Virus record (IMG/VR): IMGVR_UViG_3300030098_005409
Source: a virus
Strand: one strand, 5' to 3'
Length of the DNA: 64,000 nt
Positions 46,555-56,900 of this stretch are shown piece by piece; within the stretch, counting starts at the first letter, position 1, and each line of letters begins with the position of its first letter. The position numbers and the translations under genes are program-made. The notes beneath the pieces are model-generated. The model was not told the DNA's origin, did no database searches, and worked only from the letters and a program-made list of their open reading frames with translations.

Positions 46555-47616
46555 CTATACCGAGTCGCCGGTCAGAATTTCAACAAGGTAGGAACCAACC
46601 TTACGACCGCTCGCATCTTCCGCCGAGTGCAGAGAGATAGCATTGTCCTGGCAAGCGTTGCCGACAACGGTCCAAAGCTTCATCGCAGGTTCCGAAGGAA
46701 GCGAAGTGAAGTAAGTCGCGAGGTTGGTAATCTCGCCTTCATTCAGCGCATTCGCAAGACGCTCGGAGGCACCCAGCTTATCAATCAAAGCGCAGTGCGC
46801 GTTAAGGTCAATATCCGGGGTCTGTCCCTTATCGAGAATGTCGGAGACAGTCACGACCTTGCTGTAGTTCGCAACGAAATCGTTGAAAGCAACCGCAGCC
46901 TCAAAGCCGAGATAAGCAGAAGCAAGCGAGAAAACAACCGGATTCGATTGTCCAGCTTCCAGCATTCCACCGCGACCCACCGTATCGGAGAATCGAGCCC
47001 ACGAACGACGCGAAGGATAAACCTTGTTAGGCTCCGGGTCATCGTTGTGCTCAAGATGCTCGACGTTGTTACGAATGAAGTCCGTCACCAGAGCATCGCA
47101 GTTGGACTGTGCCCAGGAAAGCCAATCATCCACCGAAGGCTCAACATCGAAAACCGTGTAACGGTCAAGCTCGGCAGGGTCCATCTCGCCAACCTGATAA
47201 GAAGCCGCACCCGCATGAGTGCCACCGTTGACAGCCGCGAAAATCAGCGTATCCGGGTGGAGAGCGTGACCGGCGAGCTTGCGAGAATCACAAAGCTCAA
47301 AGATGCCCTGTCGAACTTCCAGGGTTGCACGGTCTACCTCATCGAGGAAGAGAACCACGCCGGTATCGCAAGCAGTCGCAAACCAGTCGGGAGGACAAAA
47401 GGAAGTCACACCCTCATCCACGGTGGGAAGACCCAAAAGGTCGCCCTCGGTCATCTGCGAAGCACGACGCTCCACAATCGGCATACCGAGAGATTCGGCA
47501 TACTGATAAACCACAGAGGACTTACCAATACCGTGACGTCCACGAAGAAGTACAGGATGCCCCGCGTCAGTAACGAGGGGAAGGACGGTCAGAAGATTCT
47601 TGAAGTCGATTGCCAT
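46555..47616 (-). CDS. MoxR/dynein-like AAA+ ATPase
   Basis: Walker A 'GRHGIGKS', Walker B 'LFLDEV', 'MDPAELDR', 'PSRRSW'; start MAIDFK. Confidence 0.88.
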   Translation of the reverse strand: MAIDFKNLLTVLPLVTDAGHPVLLRGRHGIGKSSVVYQYAESLGMPIVERRASQMTEGDLLGLPTVDEGVTSFCPPDWFATACDTGVVLFLDEVDRATLEVRQGIFELCDSRKLAGHALHPDTLIFAAVNGGTHAGAASYQVGEMDPAELDRYTVFDVEPSVDDWLSWAQSNCDALVTDFIRNNVEHLEHNDDPEPNKVYPSRRSWARFSDTVGRGGMLEAGQSNPVVFSLASAYLGFEAAVAFNDFVANYSKVVTVSDILDKGQTPDIDLNAHCALIDKLGASERLANALNEGEITNLATYFTSLPSEPAMKLWTVVGNACQDNAISLHSAEDASGRKVGSYLVEILTGDSV

Positions 47617-47726
47617 GTTTTTCTTTCTTTCTTTTCCAGTTGACTGAGCGTTGTCGCTCCGTCCAGTGTCTATATAGTACCACACCAGGGGCTCGCTGTC
47701 AAGCCCCAAATTCATCTCTTTCTTAA

Positions 47727-48599
47727 CTAACTATCATCGCCAGGAAGTTCCGGGTCATCCATTTCCGAAAGTTGAATTTCACCGTTGACATACCGTTGAA
47801 GTTGGTCAAGCTGAAAATCGGTAAAGTGCTTGAACCCATGAGCCTGTTCGGCAGTCTTGCCGCCTCTGAAGTGTTCCTTTGTAACCTTCGCGAGGGTCTT
47901 TGCACCAACCCACTCGGAACTAAAATCCTTGACGGCAGGCGAAACGGTTTCCCACTCTCCCTCGGCACCGACATACTCATTCCTGTCATAATTATTATAT
48001 TGATCATAGTACGACTTCACCCTTCCGTGGCGCGGCACAATGCCAGGAATAGAGGGAATGGCAAGAGTAAGTGACTTGCCATAATAGCCAGGGTCCTTGA
48101 TTCCCATAACATCAAACGATGCGAAAGGAACATTGTTATTTGACCACGCGTTAGTCGCAGGGATACCAACATAATGGGTCATAAATTGCCCCGGAGTATC
48201 GTGCATAACCATTCCAACAGGAGGGACGTAATTGTCATCCGAGGGATACAAGTATTGTCCGTCTCTTCGATAAGAAATCTTACCAGCGCGAACCATCGCA
48301 CCAATACCAAAGCCGGTATCCTTTGCCCACTTGAGGACAGCACGACGCCACAAACTCAGTTCAAACTGAAACTGCGACTTGTGTCGCTTCATAATCGCAC
48401 AACCGGCGCGGGTGTGACCTTCTTCGCCACAATAACTACAAATCCTTGGCTTTGCCTTGCGGTCAAGAATTGCCTGCCACTGGCGACCATAATAACTGTT
48501 AGGGTCCTTTTCCCATTCCTTCTTCAATTCAGGACAACTGGTTTTGTTGTGTCCTGATTGGTAACAATGGCTACAACGTACTGTGCCAGTATAACTCAT
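47727..48599 (-). CDS. Protein with two CCHC zinc knuckles
   Basis: 'CSHCYQSGHNKTSC' and 'CSYCGEEGHTRAGC'. Confidence 0.75.
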   Translation of the reverse strand: MSYTGTVRCSHCYQSGHNKTSCPELKKEWEKDPNSYYGRQWQAILDRKAKPRICSYCGEEGHTRAGCAIMKRHKSQFQFELSLWRRAVLKWAKDTGFGIGAMVRAGKISYRRDGQYLYPSDDNYVPPVGMVMHDTPGQFMTHYVGIPATNAWSNNNVPFASFDVMGIKDPGYYGKSLTLAIPSIPGIVPRHGRVKSYYDQYNNYDRNEYVGAEGEWETVSPAVKDFSSEWVGAKTLAKVTKEHFRGGKTAEQAHGFKHFTDFQLDQLQRYVNGEIQLSEMDDPELPGDDS

Positions 48600-48835
48600 A
48601 TTTTCTCTCCCGATTGCGGGGGGGTTAATCTCTAACTTCTACCTGTATTATACCAGCCTCAAAGGTGGCTGTCAACCTTTTTATTGTAAGGATGGGGGGC
48701 AACATCTTTTCGGGTGTTGCTGCCTAGACAACTTTTAACTTATTTTGTGTTGCCCCACACATATGGGCGGCGAACACTGGGATTCAAGATTGTCATTGAA
48801 GCCCAAATTTATATAATTTTCACCCCAATTCTATG

Positions 48836-49489
48836 TCACTTACGCTTCTTTGCCTTCTTTAGATAACGCTCTTCCGTCCAAATGGGTTCGGCAGACCCGA
48901 TTGGCAATACCTGTACTGGCTTTGCGCCCTTTGCATGGGACTTAACGTCGTTCGCATCCCCATACTTCAAAATAATGACTGGCTTGTTTGCGAATCGGCG
49001 GGTTCCGCTGGCGGCTCGGAAGCAAGCAGTCGAACCTACTACAAATTTAGGTTCGCTCAGGAAGTTGCGAATGACACCCGCAGCGTACTTGTTTTCTACG
49101 ATCTTGTTGTATTCCCCCATTGTGGGAGTACCGCCGGAACGGACACCTGTGAGTCCATCTTTACTCTTCTCATATTTAAGATACTTCCCAGTAATATTGC
49201 CGTAATAGCCGGTTCGATCGTAATAATTAAGGGCGATGCAAAACTTCTGTTCCTTTTCGTCGTCCCAATTTTTGACCCAATCCGCGCGAGCTTTAAGAGC
49301 TTCGTCAGACCAGCGACCCTTAATTTGCTGAAATGCTCGTTCCTGCGGATAGGAAAGAGTCCTCCCACTAGCCAAGTGCTTAGTGATAGACTCTAGGAAC
49401 CCATAATCCCAGGAGTTTTCCTCCCCGGCAATAAGGATTCTTCCCATGAAATCATTTACTTGTTCAAGCATCGTAGTTCCTTCGCTCAT
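48836..49489 (-). CDS. Hypothetical early protein
   Basis: Directly after promoter 49499-49527. Confidence 0.7.
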   Translation of the reverse strand: MSEGTTMLEQVNDFMGRILIAGEENSWDYGFLESITKHLASGRTLSYPQERAFQQIKGRWSDEALKARADWVKNWDDEKEQKFCIALNYYDRTGYYGNITGKYLKYEKSKDGLTGVRSGGTPTMGEYNKIVENKYAAGVIRNFLSEPKFVVGSTACFRAASGTRRFANKPVIILKYGDANDVKSHAKGAKPVQVLPIGSAEPIWTEERYLKKAKKRK

Positions 49490-49523
49490 CGTGTATATAT
49501 ACTACCACAGACCGGCGCGGCTG

Positions 49524-49943
49524 TCAAGCAGAAAGTAAAGTTTGCAGATTAGTGATGTGCTTGCACTTTCCACGAAACTGAAACCCTGAACATTCACACT
49601 TCCACTTGTTGCCTTGCTTCGTGACTTTGTAAGTATTGCCCTTTGAGCCCTTTACTTCAATTACCTTTTCAGGTTCGTCTGAATAGTTCGGATCCCAATA
49701 CTTGCGAGCTTCCGCACCCCAACAAAACAACTCCTTCACATCTTCCAAAGTTGTATCGTCAGGAACCTCAATCCATACACCACCAGAGACAGCGTAATAC
49801 TTACCTTCCCTGCCCTGCATGATAGCCGGATGGAATAAAACTACATGTCGTCCATCAGGCGTCAATTTGCGAAGCATACTCGGCAGCCAATCGCTTGTAG
49901 GTTTGAGCCTGAAAAGTATCAATGTTGAAGTATTCCTCTTCAA
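49524..49943 (-). CDS. SWIM zinc-finger protein
   Basis: 'WKCECSGFQFRGKCKH'; start uncertain. Confidence 0.7.
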   Translation of the reverse strand: MKRNTSTLILFRLKPTSDWLPSMLRKLTPDGRHVVLFHPAIMQGREGKYYAVSGGVWIEVPDDTTLEDVKELFCWGAEARKYWDPNYSDEPEKVIEVKGSKGNTYKVTKQGNKWKCECSGFQFRGKCKHITNLQTLLSA

Positions 49944-50076
49944 TCATATCCCAATACACACCTACAGCATTTAGCATTTCTTCAACATCTTCGCCTAGCG
50001 GACCGGACTGACGCCTGTCTTCCGTTAGTCGCTCCAAAGCCTTACCTTGAAGGTCAGTAAAGTTATCCAAAGTCAT
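49855..50076 (-). CDS. Hypothetical protein
   Basis: ORF track. Confidence 0.4.
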   Translation of the reverse strand: MTLDNFTDLQGKALERLTEDRRQSGPLGEDVEEMLNAVGVYWDMIEEEYFNIDTFQAQTYKRLAAEYASQIDA

Positions 50077-50423
50077 TACTTTTTTCCCTTGTGATTAGAG
50101 TTACCAAAGTTTTCGCCAACCTGACGAAACTTCATTCCAGTCATTGCGGTATTGGCACCGGACAATGCTGCAACCTTGCCTTTGTGCATTCCAATGTTGT
50201 TGTTCCAAGCCTTGCGGTACTTCTCGCGGTCAGCATTGGACTCAAACGCAAGAATAGAAACACCGCCCATCTTACCGTCAGCGGAAGCGCACCCGAGATA
50301 CTTTACAGCAGTCTCAGTTCCCAATTCTTCAACACAGTCGGCGCACTCATTAATACGGCCACCAACTCTACGCTTTCTTTGGGACTTAGGATTAAAATCA
50401 ACTTCGCAGTGAATACAGTTCAT
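50076..50423 (-). CDS. Hypothetical Zn-ribbon protein
   Basis: 'CIHC...ECADC'; GGAGG SD and promoter. Confidence 0.65.
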   Translation of the reverse strand: MNCIHCEVDFNPKSQRKRRVGGRINECADCVEELGTETAVKYLGCASADGKMGGVSILAFESNADREKYRKAWNNNIGMHKGKVAALSGANTAMTGMKFRQVGENFGNSNHKGKK

Positions 50424-51095
50424 CTGACCTCCAGTGTCTATATACTACCACACGACGACACGATTGTCAAGTCATCTTCGTCTAACCAGCATCCGTCACC
50501 GGGTCCAAAATGAACCCAATAGGAAGGGACATATAGACGCTTCCAGCTTTCCAGTATAATTCCAACTTTGCCAGCCAAGTTCTTACCACTAATCGCGGAG
50601 GCACCCAAAGTTTCCTTATTGACTTTTACCATATCGCCAACTTCATACACGGCTTATATCCATTCTTTAAGTGGGGCTGAACTCCCTCATCATATGTATA
50701 CTATAGCACGCGCGTGGGCTCCTGTCAAGGTTTTTAATCGTCTGATTCTACGCTCCCGATAATTTCAATTTCGTCGTGGTCCACATAAAACTTACCATAC
50801 TGAGGATGGTGTAGAAGGTAATCCCACTTACTCGGAACGCCCGATTCTGGGTCATACCAAAGAGGAAAAACTTCCATAACCACAGCAACGTCGCCTGTTT
50901 GAATATCGCGAACCAAATCACCGACTTTCATTGCTACTCGCCACCCTCAAGCATGCTTCACTCCACCAACCTTCGTTATTTGCAGTGTGCCATACGATAT
51001 AATATCCGGCGTGCGAGCGGGACAAATCCATTCGGACTATTGTTCCAAGTTGGCGCTCTTTCGTGAGGATCTGACCCCCTACGTATTCCACCAAA

Positions 51096-51254
51096 TCACC
51101 GACTTTCATTTTCTTCCGTCTCTTCGACAGTTAGGACCTCAACAAACTCTGGCTCTGCCGAGTAATCACTGTTTTCAAACTTAGTCCGAGCTTCATCTTC
51201 TGATTCGGCATCGACATAAATTTCCATACGATAACAAAGGCGATAAACTTTCAT
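51096..51254 (-). CDS. Small acidic protein (copy 2 at 54095-54244)
   Basis: MKVYRLCYRMEIYVDAESEDEAR... in both copies. Confidence 0.7.
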   Translation of the reverse strand: MKVYRLCYRMEIYVDAESEDEARTKFENSDYSAEPEFVEVLTVEETEENESR

Positions 51255-51461
51255 TCTCTGATAATCTCCAATTGGTCTTGCCACATTGATTCTTCAATAT
51301 CTTCCCAATCAAAAAAGTTATTTCTTTTACAGACAGACCACCATATATTAATTCCGTGTTCTTCTTCTCTAGTTACAATCCCAATGTCGTCAACATCTTG
51401 ATCATTGTCGGTTACATCGGCACCCCACCAGCGCACTAATGAGCCAATCTTCAAGCCATCA
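51096..51461. repeat. About 365-bp two-gene duplication, copy 1 (copy 2 at 54085-54451)
   Basis: Hand alignment of 51121-51460 vs 54111-54450: 36 mismatches in 340 nt (about 89% identity). Confidence 0.95.
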
Positions 51462-51845
51462 TAATCAATTTTTGCCACGGCTGATTATCTCCAACTTGTC
51501 GCGACGGTGGTAAACATCCCATGACTCTCCCTTAGCCGCAGTATCAAAGTAGCGCACCCAAACATGTATGCCTTCGGTTGCTATAATATATCCCGCTCCG
51601 TCGTCCGCCCACTCTCCGCGAGCCTTCACAACATCACCAACTTTAGGCTTCGTTCGCACGATGCACCGTTATTCCGTTGTCCGCTTCCCAGCGTCTCATT
51701 TCGCCAAAGTAATAGTGGTATATCATCTCATGGCAATCCACAAATTTAACGTGGACGCCGAAGTCATCAAACATACCATCTCGCTGAACCCGTACAACGA
51801 TTCCTATTTCTTTACCACTTCGCTCGTGAAATTCAATCAAATCAC

Positions 51846-51909
51846 CGGGGTTGTATTCGCTCATAATGGCAGACAATCTTTCTCGGAGTGCGGGGTTGTA
51901 TTCGCTCAT
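51846..51909. repeat. 19-bp direct repeat CGGGGTTGTATTCGCTCAT
   Basis: Exact copies at 51846-51864 and 51891-51909. Confidence 0.95.
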
Positions 51910-52691
51910 CGTGCTTATAGCATACCACGACAGGTTCAGTCTGTCAAGTCTTTATTGACTACCTGCAAATCATCGGGGACCTCCCAATCGTGCTTTCCAT
52001 CCATAGTGTAAACTCTGTATTGTTCCACGCCAGTTGTGAGCAGATGTCGGCTGTCCGTAATAACACCGAGAGTGTCAGTGTATCTCCACTCGCCACCACC
52101 ATCGAACACATACTGAGCCTTTTTCAGTATTACCGCATCACCGATTTCCATTTACCCGCTCCAAAGCAAACTCTAATTCATGTTGAGGAGGATAATCAGG
52201 CCACTTAACAATGACAACTCCCTCTTCATCTGCTTCTTTAAGAATAATGCCAAGCTCTGTATACAATGTTTCGTCTCGCATGATCGTATGATACTTAACC
52301 AAGTCACCGACTTGCACTGATTACCTCCACATCCCAATCGTTAGGATGGAACTCCCGGCGTTTTCCGTCACGGTTACACACAACGGAAAACCAGAAACGG
52401 TTCACGCCGTCGTTAGGGATAACAAGTATGCCGAAATAACGGTCATCGTCACCGCCCCTAATCTCTTTGTGTGTAACCACTACCAAATCACCGATTTGCA
52501 TTACTTACCCCAACGAAAGGATTTCAAAGTCTTCCAAAGGACGCCACATTGTGGGTCCATCACCAGCGAATTGAATGTATTCGCCCTTTCCATCACACTT
52601 ATACGCTGCGACAATCTTCATAATCATCGAACAATCGCGCACAAGCGCACCAATCATAGGCATACCGCGACTTAAAGTCATTTTACTGTCC

Positions 52692-53072
52692 TTAGTATTG
52701 AATGGAGGTTACGGGAGTAATATCCCAATAGCCGGAACCACGAACAACTACGTCACCATAATCCTCGCCAACTCTCGCAAAGCGGAAAAGCTCTTCTGAA
52801 TGTACTTCTTCGCCATCGTCGTTGGTTATTTCCCATTCCCCCGACTCTGCATCATCCATAAACTTCTCAATCGCATCAATGTCGGCATAGCCTTCATACC
52901 ACTTGATTGAATCCCACACGAGAAGCCACGACTTATCGTTTTCGTAGTTTCGCTCAAGATTGCCGTACTTAAACACCAATTCTTCCGCCTCTTTGTTCTT
53001 AGAAGTAGCCAGCAGAAGAAAAGGAATTAGTTCCTTGCTGATAGCCATTACAACTTGCGAGCGATAACCCAT
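52692..53072 (-). CDS. Hypothetical protein
   Basis: GGAGG SD; 'MGYRSQV...WDSIKWY...RVGEDYGD'. Confidence 0.7.
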   Translation of the reverse strand: MGYRSQVVMAISKELIPFLLLATSKNKEAEELVFKYGNLERNYENDKSWLLVWDSIKWYEGYADIDAIEKFMDDAESGEWEITNDDGEEVHSEELFRFARVGEDYGDVVVRGSGYWDITPVTSIQY

Positions 53073-53082
53073 TCCATACCTC

Positions 53083-53319
53083 CTAGTTCAGGCGTTGTGC
53101 TAGTGCAGCGAGTTCGCCATAATTGACAGCTCGGGCCGGCAAATACTTTAGGTCAACGTCATTTCTCTCCAAATGACTCATTACCCCGTAGAGTGAAGAG
53201 GGAGAAGTAGAGTGATCCCATTCTGTGTTCTTACTCAGGCGGCGGCTCACCTCGTGAACAGATGCCGAGGTTTGCCATGTTTCTATGAACAATTTGTAAT
53301 CTTCGTGGCGTCGTGCCAT
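53083..53319 (-). CDS. Hypothetical protein, possible HTH
   Basis: After promoter 53343-53371; 'SVHEVSRRL'. Confidence 0.55.
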   Translation of the reverse strand: MARRHEDYKLFIETWQTSASVHEVSRRLSKNTEWDHSTSPSSLYGVMSHLERNDVDLKYLPARAVNYGELAALAQRLN

Positions 53320-54084
53320 GTGTGTACCTCCATTGTGCTTACAGCATACCACGGGATGCGGCTGCTGTCAACCCCTAATCGTTAATCGTGAAATCGTAGG
53401 GCTCGTGCGGAATGATAGAAAGCGCCTCGCGTCTTTCCCACGAATCACGGTGCGGGGCCAACTCGTCTTCCCACTGCACACACAACTGCTGGAATGGTGT
53501 CTCCACCTCATAGCTGCTGTCGATTACGGTTCCCACCGAACCAGTTCCAAAATGCTGTACCTTATCCCCAATATCCATTTCTAGTTTCCTTTCTTTACTA
53601 CCTTCACATAATTTCCCATGATGAAACCCGTTCTGTTGGGCCATGCGACAATTGGATTCTTTCCGAAAGTATCCCCCACGCGGAAATCAACAATAATGCC
53701 CAACTCGCCGCTGTTGATATTTCTTACCAAGTCACCGACTTTCACTTACCATCTCCAAAGCAAACTCTAGGTCATACTCAGGGTCCTTGTCGGGCCACTT
53801 AACCAGAACAGTACCGTCAGTATCCATTTCAATAACAATCCCAAGCTGTAGTGTTTCGCCTTCGGTGTGCAACAAACCAGGGTGATACTTAACTAAATCA
53901 CCTACTTGCACTGACTACCTCCAAGTCTCTCCGCCTTACCCAGCTAACATCCTTGCCGCCATCATCGAACCACCGAACACGTAGTTCCTTGATACCGCGG
54001 ACAGGGAGGTCGTGAATGAATTCCTCTACAACTATTCCCACGCAATCAGCCTGAAAACCCTGCGACCGACTGAGCTTTACTAGA

Positions 54085-54451
54085 TCGCCGACCTTCATTC
54101 TCTCTCCGTCTCTTCGACAGTTAGAACCTCAACAAACTCTGGCTCTGCCGAGTATTCACTATTCTCAAACTTAGTCCGTGCTTCATCCTCTGATTCGGCA
54201 TCGACATAAATTTCCATACGATAACACAGGCGATAAACTTTCATTCTCTGATAATCTCCAATTGGTCCTGCCACATTGATTCTTCAACCTCGGACCATTC
54301 AAAAAAGTTGTCTCTGTTGCAAACAGACCACCAAATAGTAACTCCGTTTTTTTCTTCTCTAGTTACGATTCCAACGTCGTCAACGTCTTGATCGTTGTCA
54401 GTTACATCGGCACCCCACCAACGAACCAAAGTGCCAATCTTCAAGTCATCA
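54085..54451. repeat. About 365-bp two-gene duplication, copy 2
   Basis: See copy 1. Confidence 0.95.
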
Positions 54452-55918
54452 CTTATCATGACTGATTGCCTCCACATACTCTTCACCTACAATGAAGTTT
54501 TCCCCATCAGCGTGAAGTTCTATGCGCCGTCGTCGCCCTGGACGCCGGGAGTTGATAATACGAACAACCACACCAGCCAAATCACCAGCGGCAGGTGCAC
54601 TGCTCCACTCTGAGGCCCAGTGTGACCAAACTGCCAAATCACCGCGTTTCATTTTTACTCACAACTTTCCAATGTCCAGGGTCGGCCATTTCAGGGCGGT
54701 CGCTACCAACGAATTGAATCTGTATCCGGTTGAACCATGATATACACTCGGTGCTTATCACAATAGCAAGTGGAGCGCCGGGATGATGCTTTGGTGTAAC
54801 CAAATCCCCAACCTGAAACGAGCTAAGAAATGTGCTCTTTTCCATCAATCTTCCTCCACTGTCTATAGTATATCAGGTGGAGCCAGAGTTGTCAAGTCGT
54901 AATCGTCAATCCACGATTCCGAGCCGTCCATGAAAAGGACGAGCCATGTGAGGGCGTGTTGTCTCCTCCACAGTTGAGTAATAATCCCAACTTTTCCCCC
55001 CAGAGCATGGCTGGAAGGATGAGCTTGATGCTCTGACTTCACTTTTACAATATCACCGATGCCCATTTAAGCCTCCGGGGGAGCTGGTGGTGGTGGAACT
55101 ACGGGCTCCAAGTCTGCCGACCTGAGTCCCATTAAAAGAGTTATTCCCTCGCATTCGCTTCGACGTATACTATAGATGGTTTCCGGGCCATCTAGCGAGA
55201 CATGAGTAATGACGCAAATTCCCCAGCTAGGGTAAGCAGTAAGAGTGACCTCATCGCCTACGCCCACGGTGTTTCCTCGTGTAAGAATCGAATTCGTATA
55301 TGGCTAGAATTACAAGTGCCAAACCAATGAGGCCAACTTCTTTGGCTACCCTTTTAGCGCGGGATTTCCACTTGTCTTTCATGGCGCGGCTTCCCTCATG
55401 ATGCCTAGAGCATACCACGGTTATACCTCTAGGTCAAGTACTTTCTCAGATTGTTCAAATAGCTCGTAAAACTCTTCTCTCACAAGTACCGGGCCACGTT
55501 CTCCCTGGGGCCAGATTTCCACCCAACCCTCCAATTGCAACGCCGTCACTATGCTCACCGGCACGAGGACCCCCATTTCTCGGGAAAGAATGGGAACCAC
55601 CTTGTCTCCTATGCGAAACTTGAAACTCATACTGCCTCCACATGCCGCCACGCATCCGGCCACATCCAACACACGGTTCCCTCAATAGAAACTTCCCGTA
55701 CATTGAAGAAGCCTCCATAGTAACTCGGGTCTGTCATTTTTTTCTGCCCTAAATAAATCATTAGAGGTTGCCCAAGTTGAACCCATTTTAGAGTTTGGTT
55801 TTTATGAGGCACGCTGATGTCGAGCCAGTGATCGTCTCCGCTGTCGCGTAAATACTTATAAATTCGGGGCTCCTTGAATCTGAGGAGCATTCCTGGTTTT
55901 AGTTCTGAAACTTTCATA

Positions 55919-56362
55919 TCACCACACCACCCATTCGGCGGCGGGGTGGTCCGCATAATCATATGCCCTAAAAAGGAAATCATAGCTGTTCGCACAGTGA
56001 TAAGAATTTTCAGGGGAGCCGATATTGTCAAAAGACACGCGCCACTCATCCTGCGCAACAGGGGCTAGAGAAAAAACTGTGTTATAACTATACAATTCGC
56101 TTCCTTCGATGGAGGCATATACGTCCTCTATTTCATCGGGGCCATAAGTGGTGTCAGGGTTGGCTACCAGCGTCCAGTGCGAGATTTGGTCGCCCACGCT
56201 ATATTCACAATAGACGGCAGCGTCATTAAACCAAACGTCATATCCCCCAGGGAAATGGGTGTAGTGAGAGCGGCGCTCTGACGGGTGCTCGACTAGCACC
56301 AGACACCCTCCCACAAGGGCTGTAATTCCCCCTATGGCTGCGACCTTAATCAGGCTTTTCAT
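55919..56362 (-). CDS. Putative lipoprotein
   Basis: MKSLIKVAAIGGITALVGGC lipobox; follows promoter 56430-56458. Confidence 0.6.
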   Translation of the reverse strand: MKSLIKVAAIGGITALVGGCLVLVEHPSERRSHYTHFPGGYDVWFNDAAVYCEYSVGDQISHWTLVANPDTTYGPDEIEDVYASIEGSELYSYNTVFSLAPVAQDEWRVSFDNIGSPENSYHCANSYDFLFRAYDYADHPAAEWVVW

Positions 56363-56678
56363 CATAACATCCTTCCGCATATGTTGTATCATAGAGAGAC
56401 GTTACCTCTCTCTTTAGGCTACTCTCTACAGTATGCCACAACCCAAGGGCCATGTCAAGGGTTTTTTTGTCTACTTTTCCCTGCGTGGCTAATTCAAGGA
56501 TATTCTCGATTCCTACGCGAAACTTATGCCGCTGCTGCTGTATCTCTAGTATCTCAACGAAATAAGAATAGCACTTACTCATCTGTTCCTCTTGAGCTTG
56601 CAGAGTGGATATACCCACACATAGCACAGAGAGCAAGCAAAGCAAAAATAAACAACATCGTTGTAAGCCCTCTTTCAC
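56346..56678 (-). CDS. Putative secreted protein
   Basis: Signal-like N-terminus; ACTATTTA 4 nt before the GTG. Confidence 0.5.
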   Translation of the reverse strand: MKEGLQRCCLFLLCLLSVLCVGISTLQAQEEQMSKCYSYFVEILEIQQQRHKFRVGIENILELATQGKVDKKTLDMALGLWHTVESSLKREVTSLYDTTYAEGCYDEKPD

Positions 56679-56900
56679 TCACTAAATAGTTTTTTGAGGA
56701 ATCTTCTGCCAATAATCCTGATTGGTGTATCGTTTCTCGCCCACAGTTTCGGGATAAGATTTGTCGTAAACTATCACCAATTCGCACACCTCGGCTCCTG
56801 AACTCGTCACATCTACGTTTAGGACAATTGCCAGGCGACCGGAGTCCTGTCTATATTGTACCAAGTCTCCCGAAGCCAAGCGCATGTCCTAAATAGTAGC

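Larger units (their letters stand above)
50438..56885 (-). other. Array of small SH3/KOW/Tudor-like paralogous CDSs (MKVGDLV family)
   Basis: Members at 50438-50650, 50734-50931, 50918-51109, 51251-51478, 51465-51659, 51643-51909, 51936-52151, 52138-52317, 52304-52501, 53375-53578, 53581-53745, 53732-53911, 53898-54098, 54241-54459, 54449-54652, 54639-54848, 54863-55066, 55067-55267, 55421-55630, 55627-55917, 56682-56885. Shared pattern M-x-[VI]-G-D-L-V...G-[IV]-[VI]...V-x-W. Confidence 0.75.

Noticed and set aside
46405-47643. 412-aa plus-strand ORF
   Set aside because: Antisense shadow of the codon-biased AAA+ gene; no recognisable motifs
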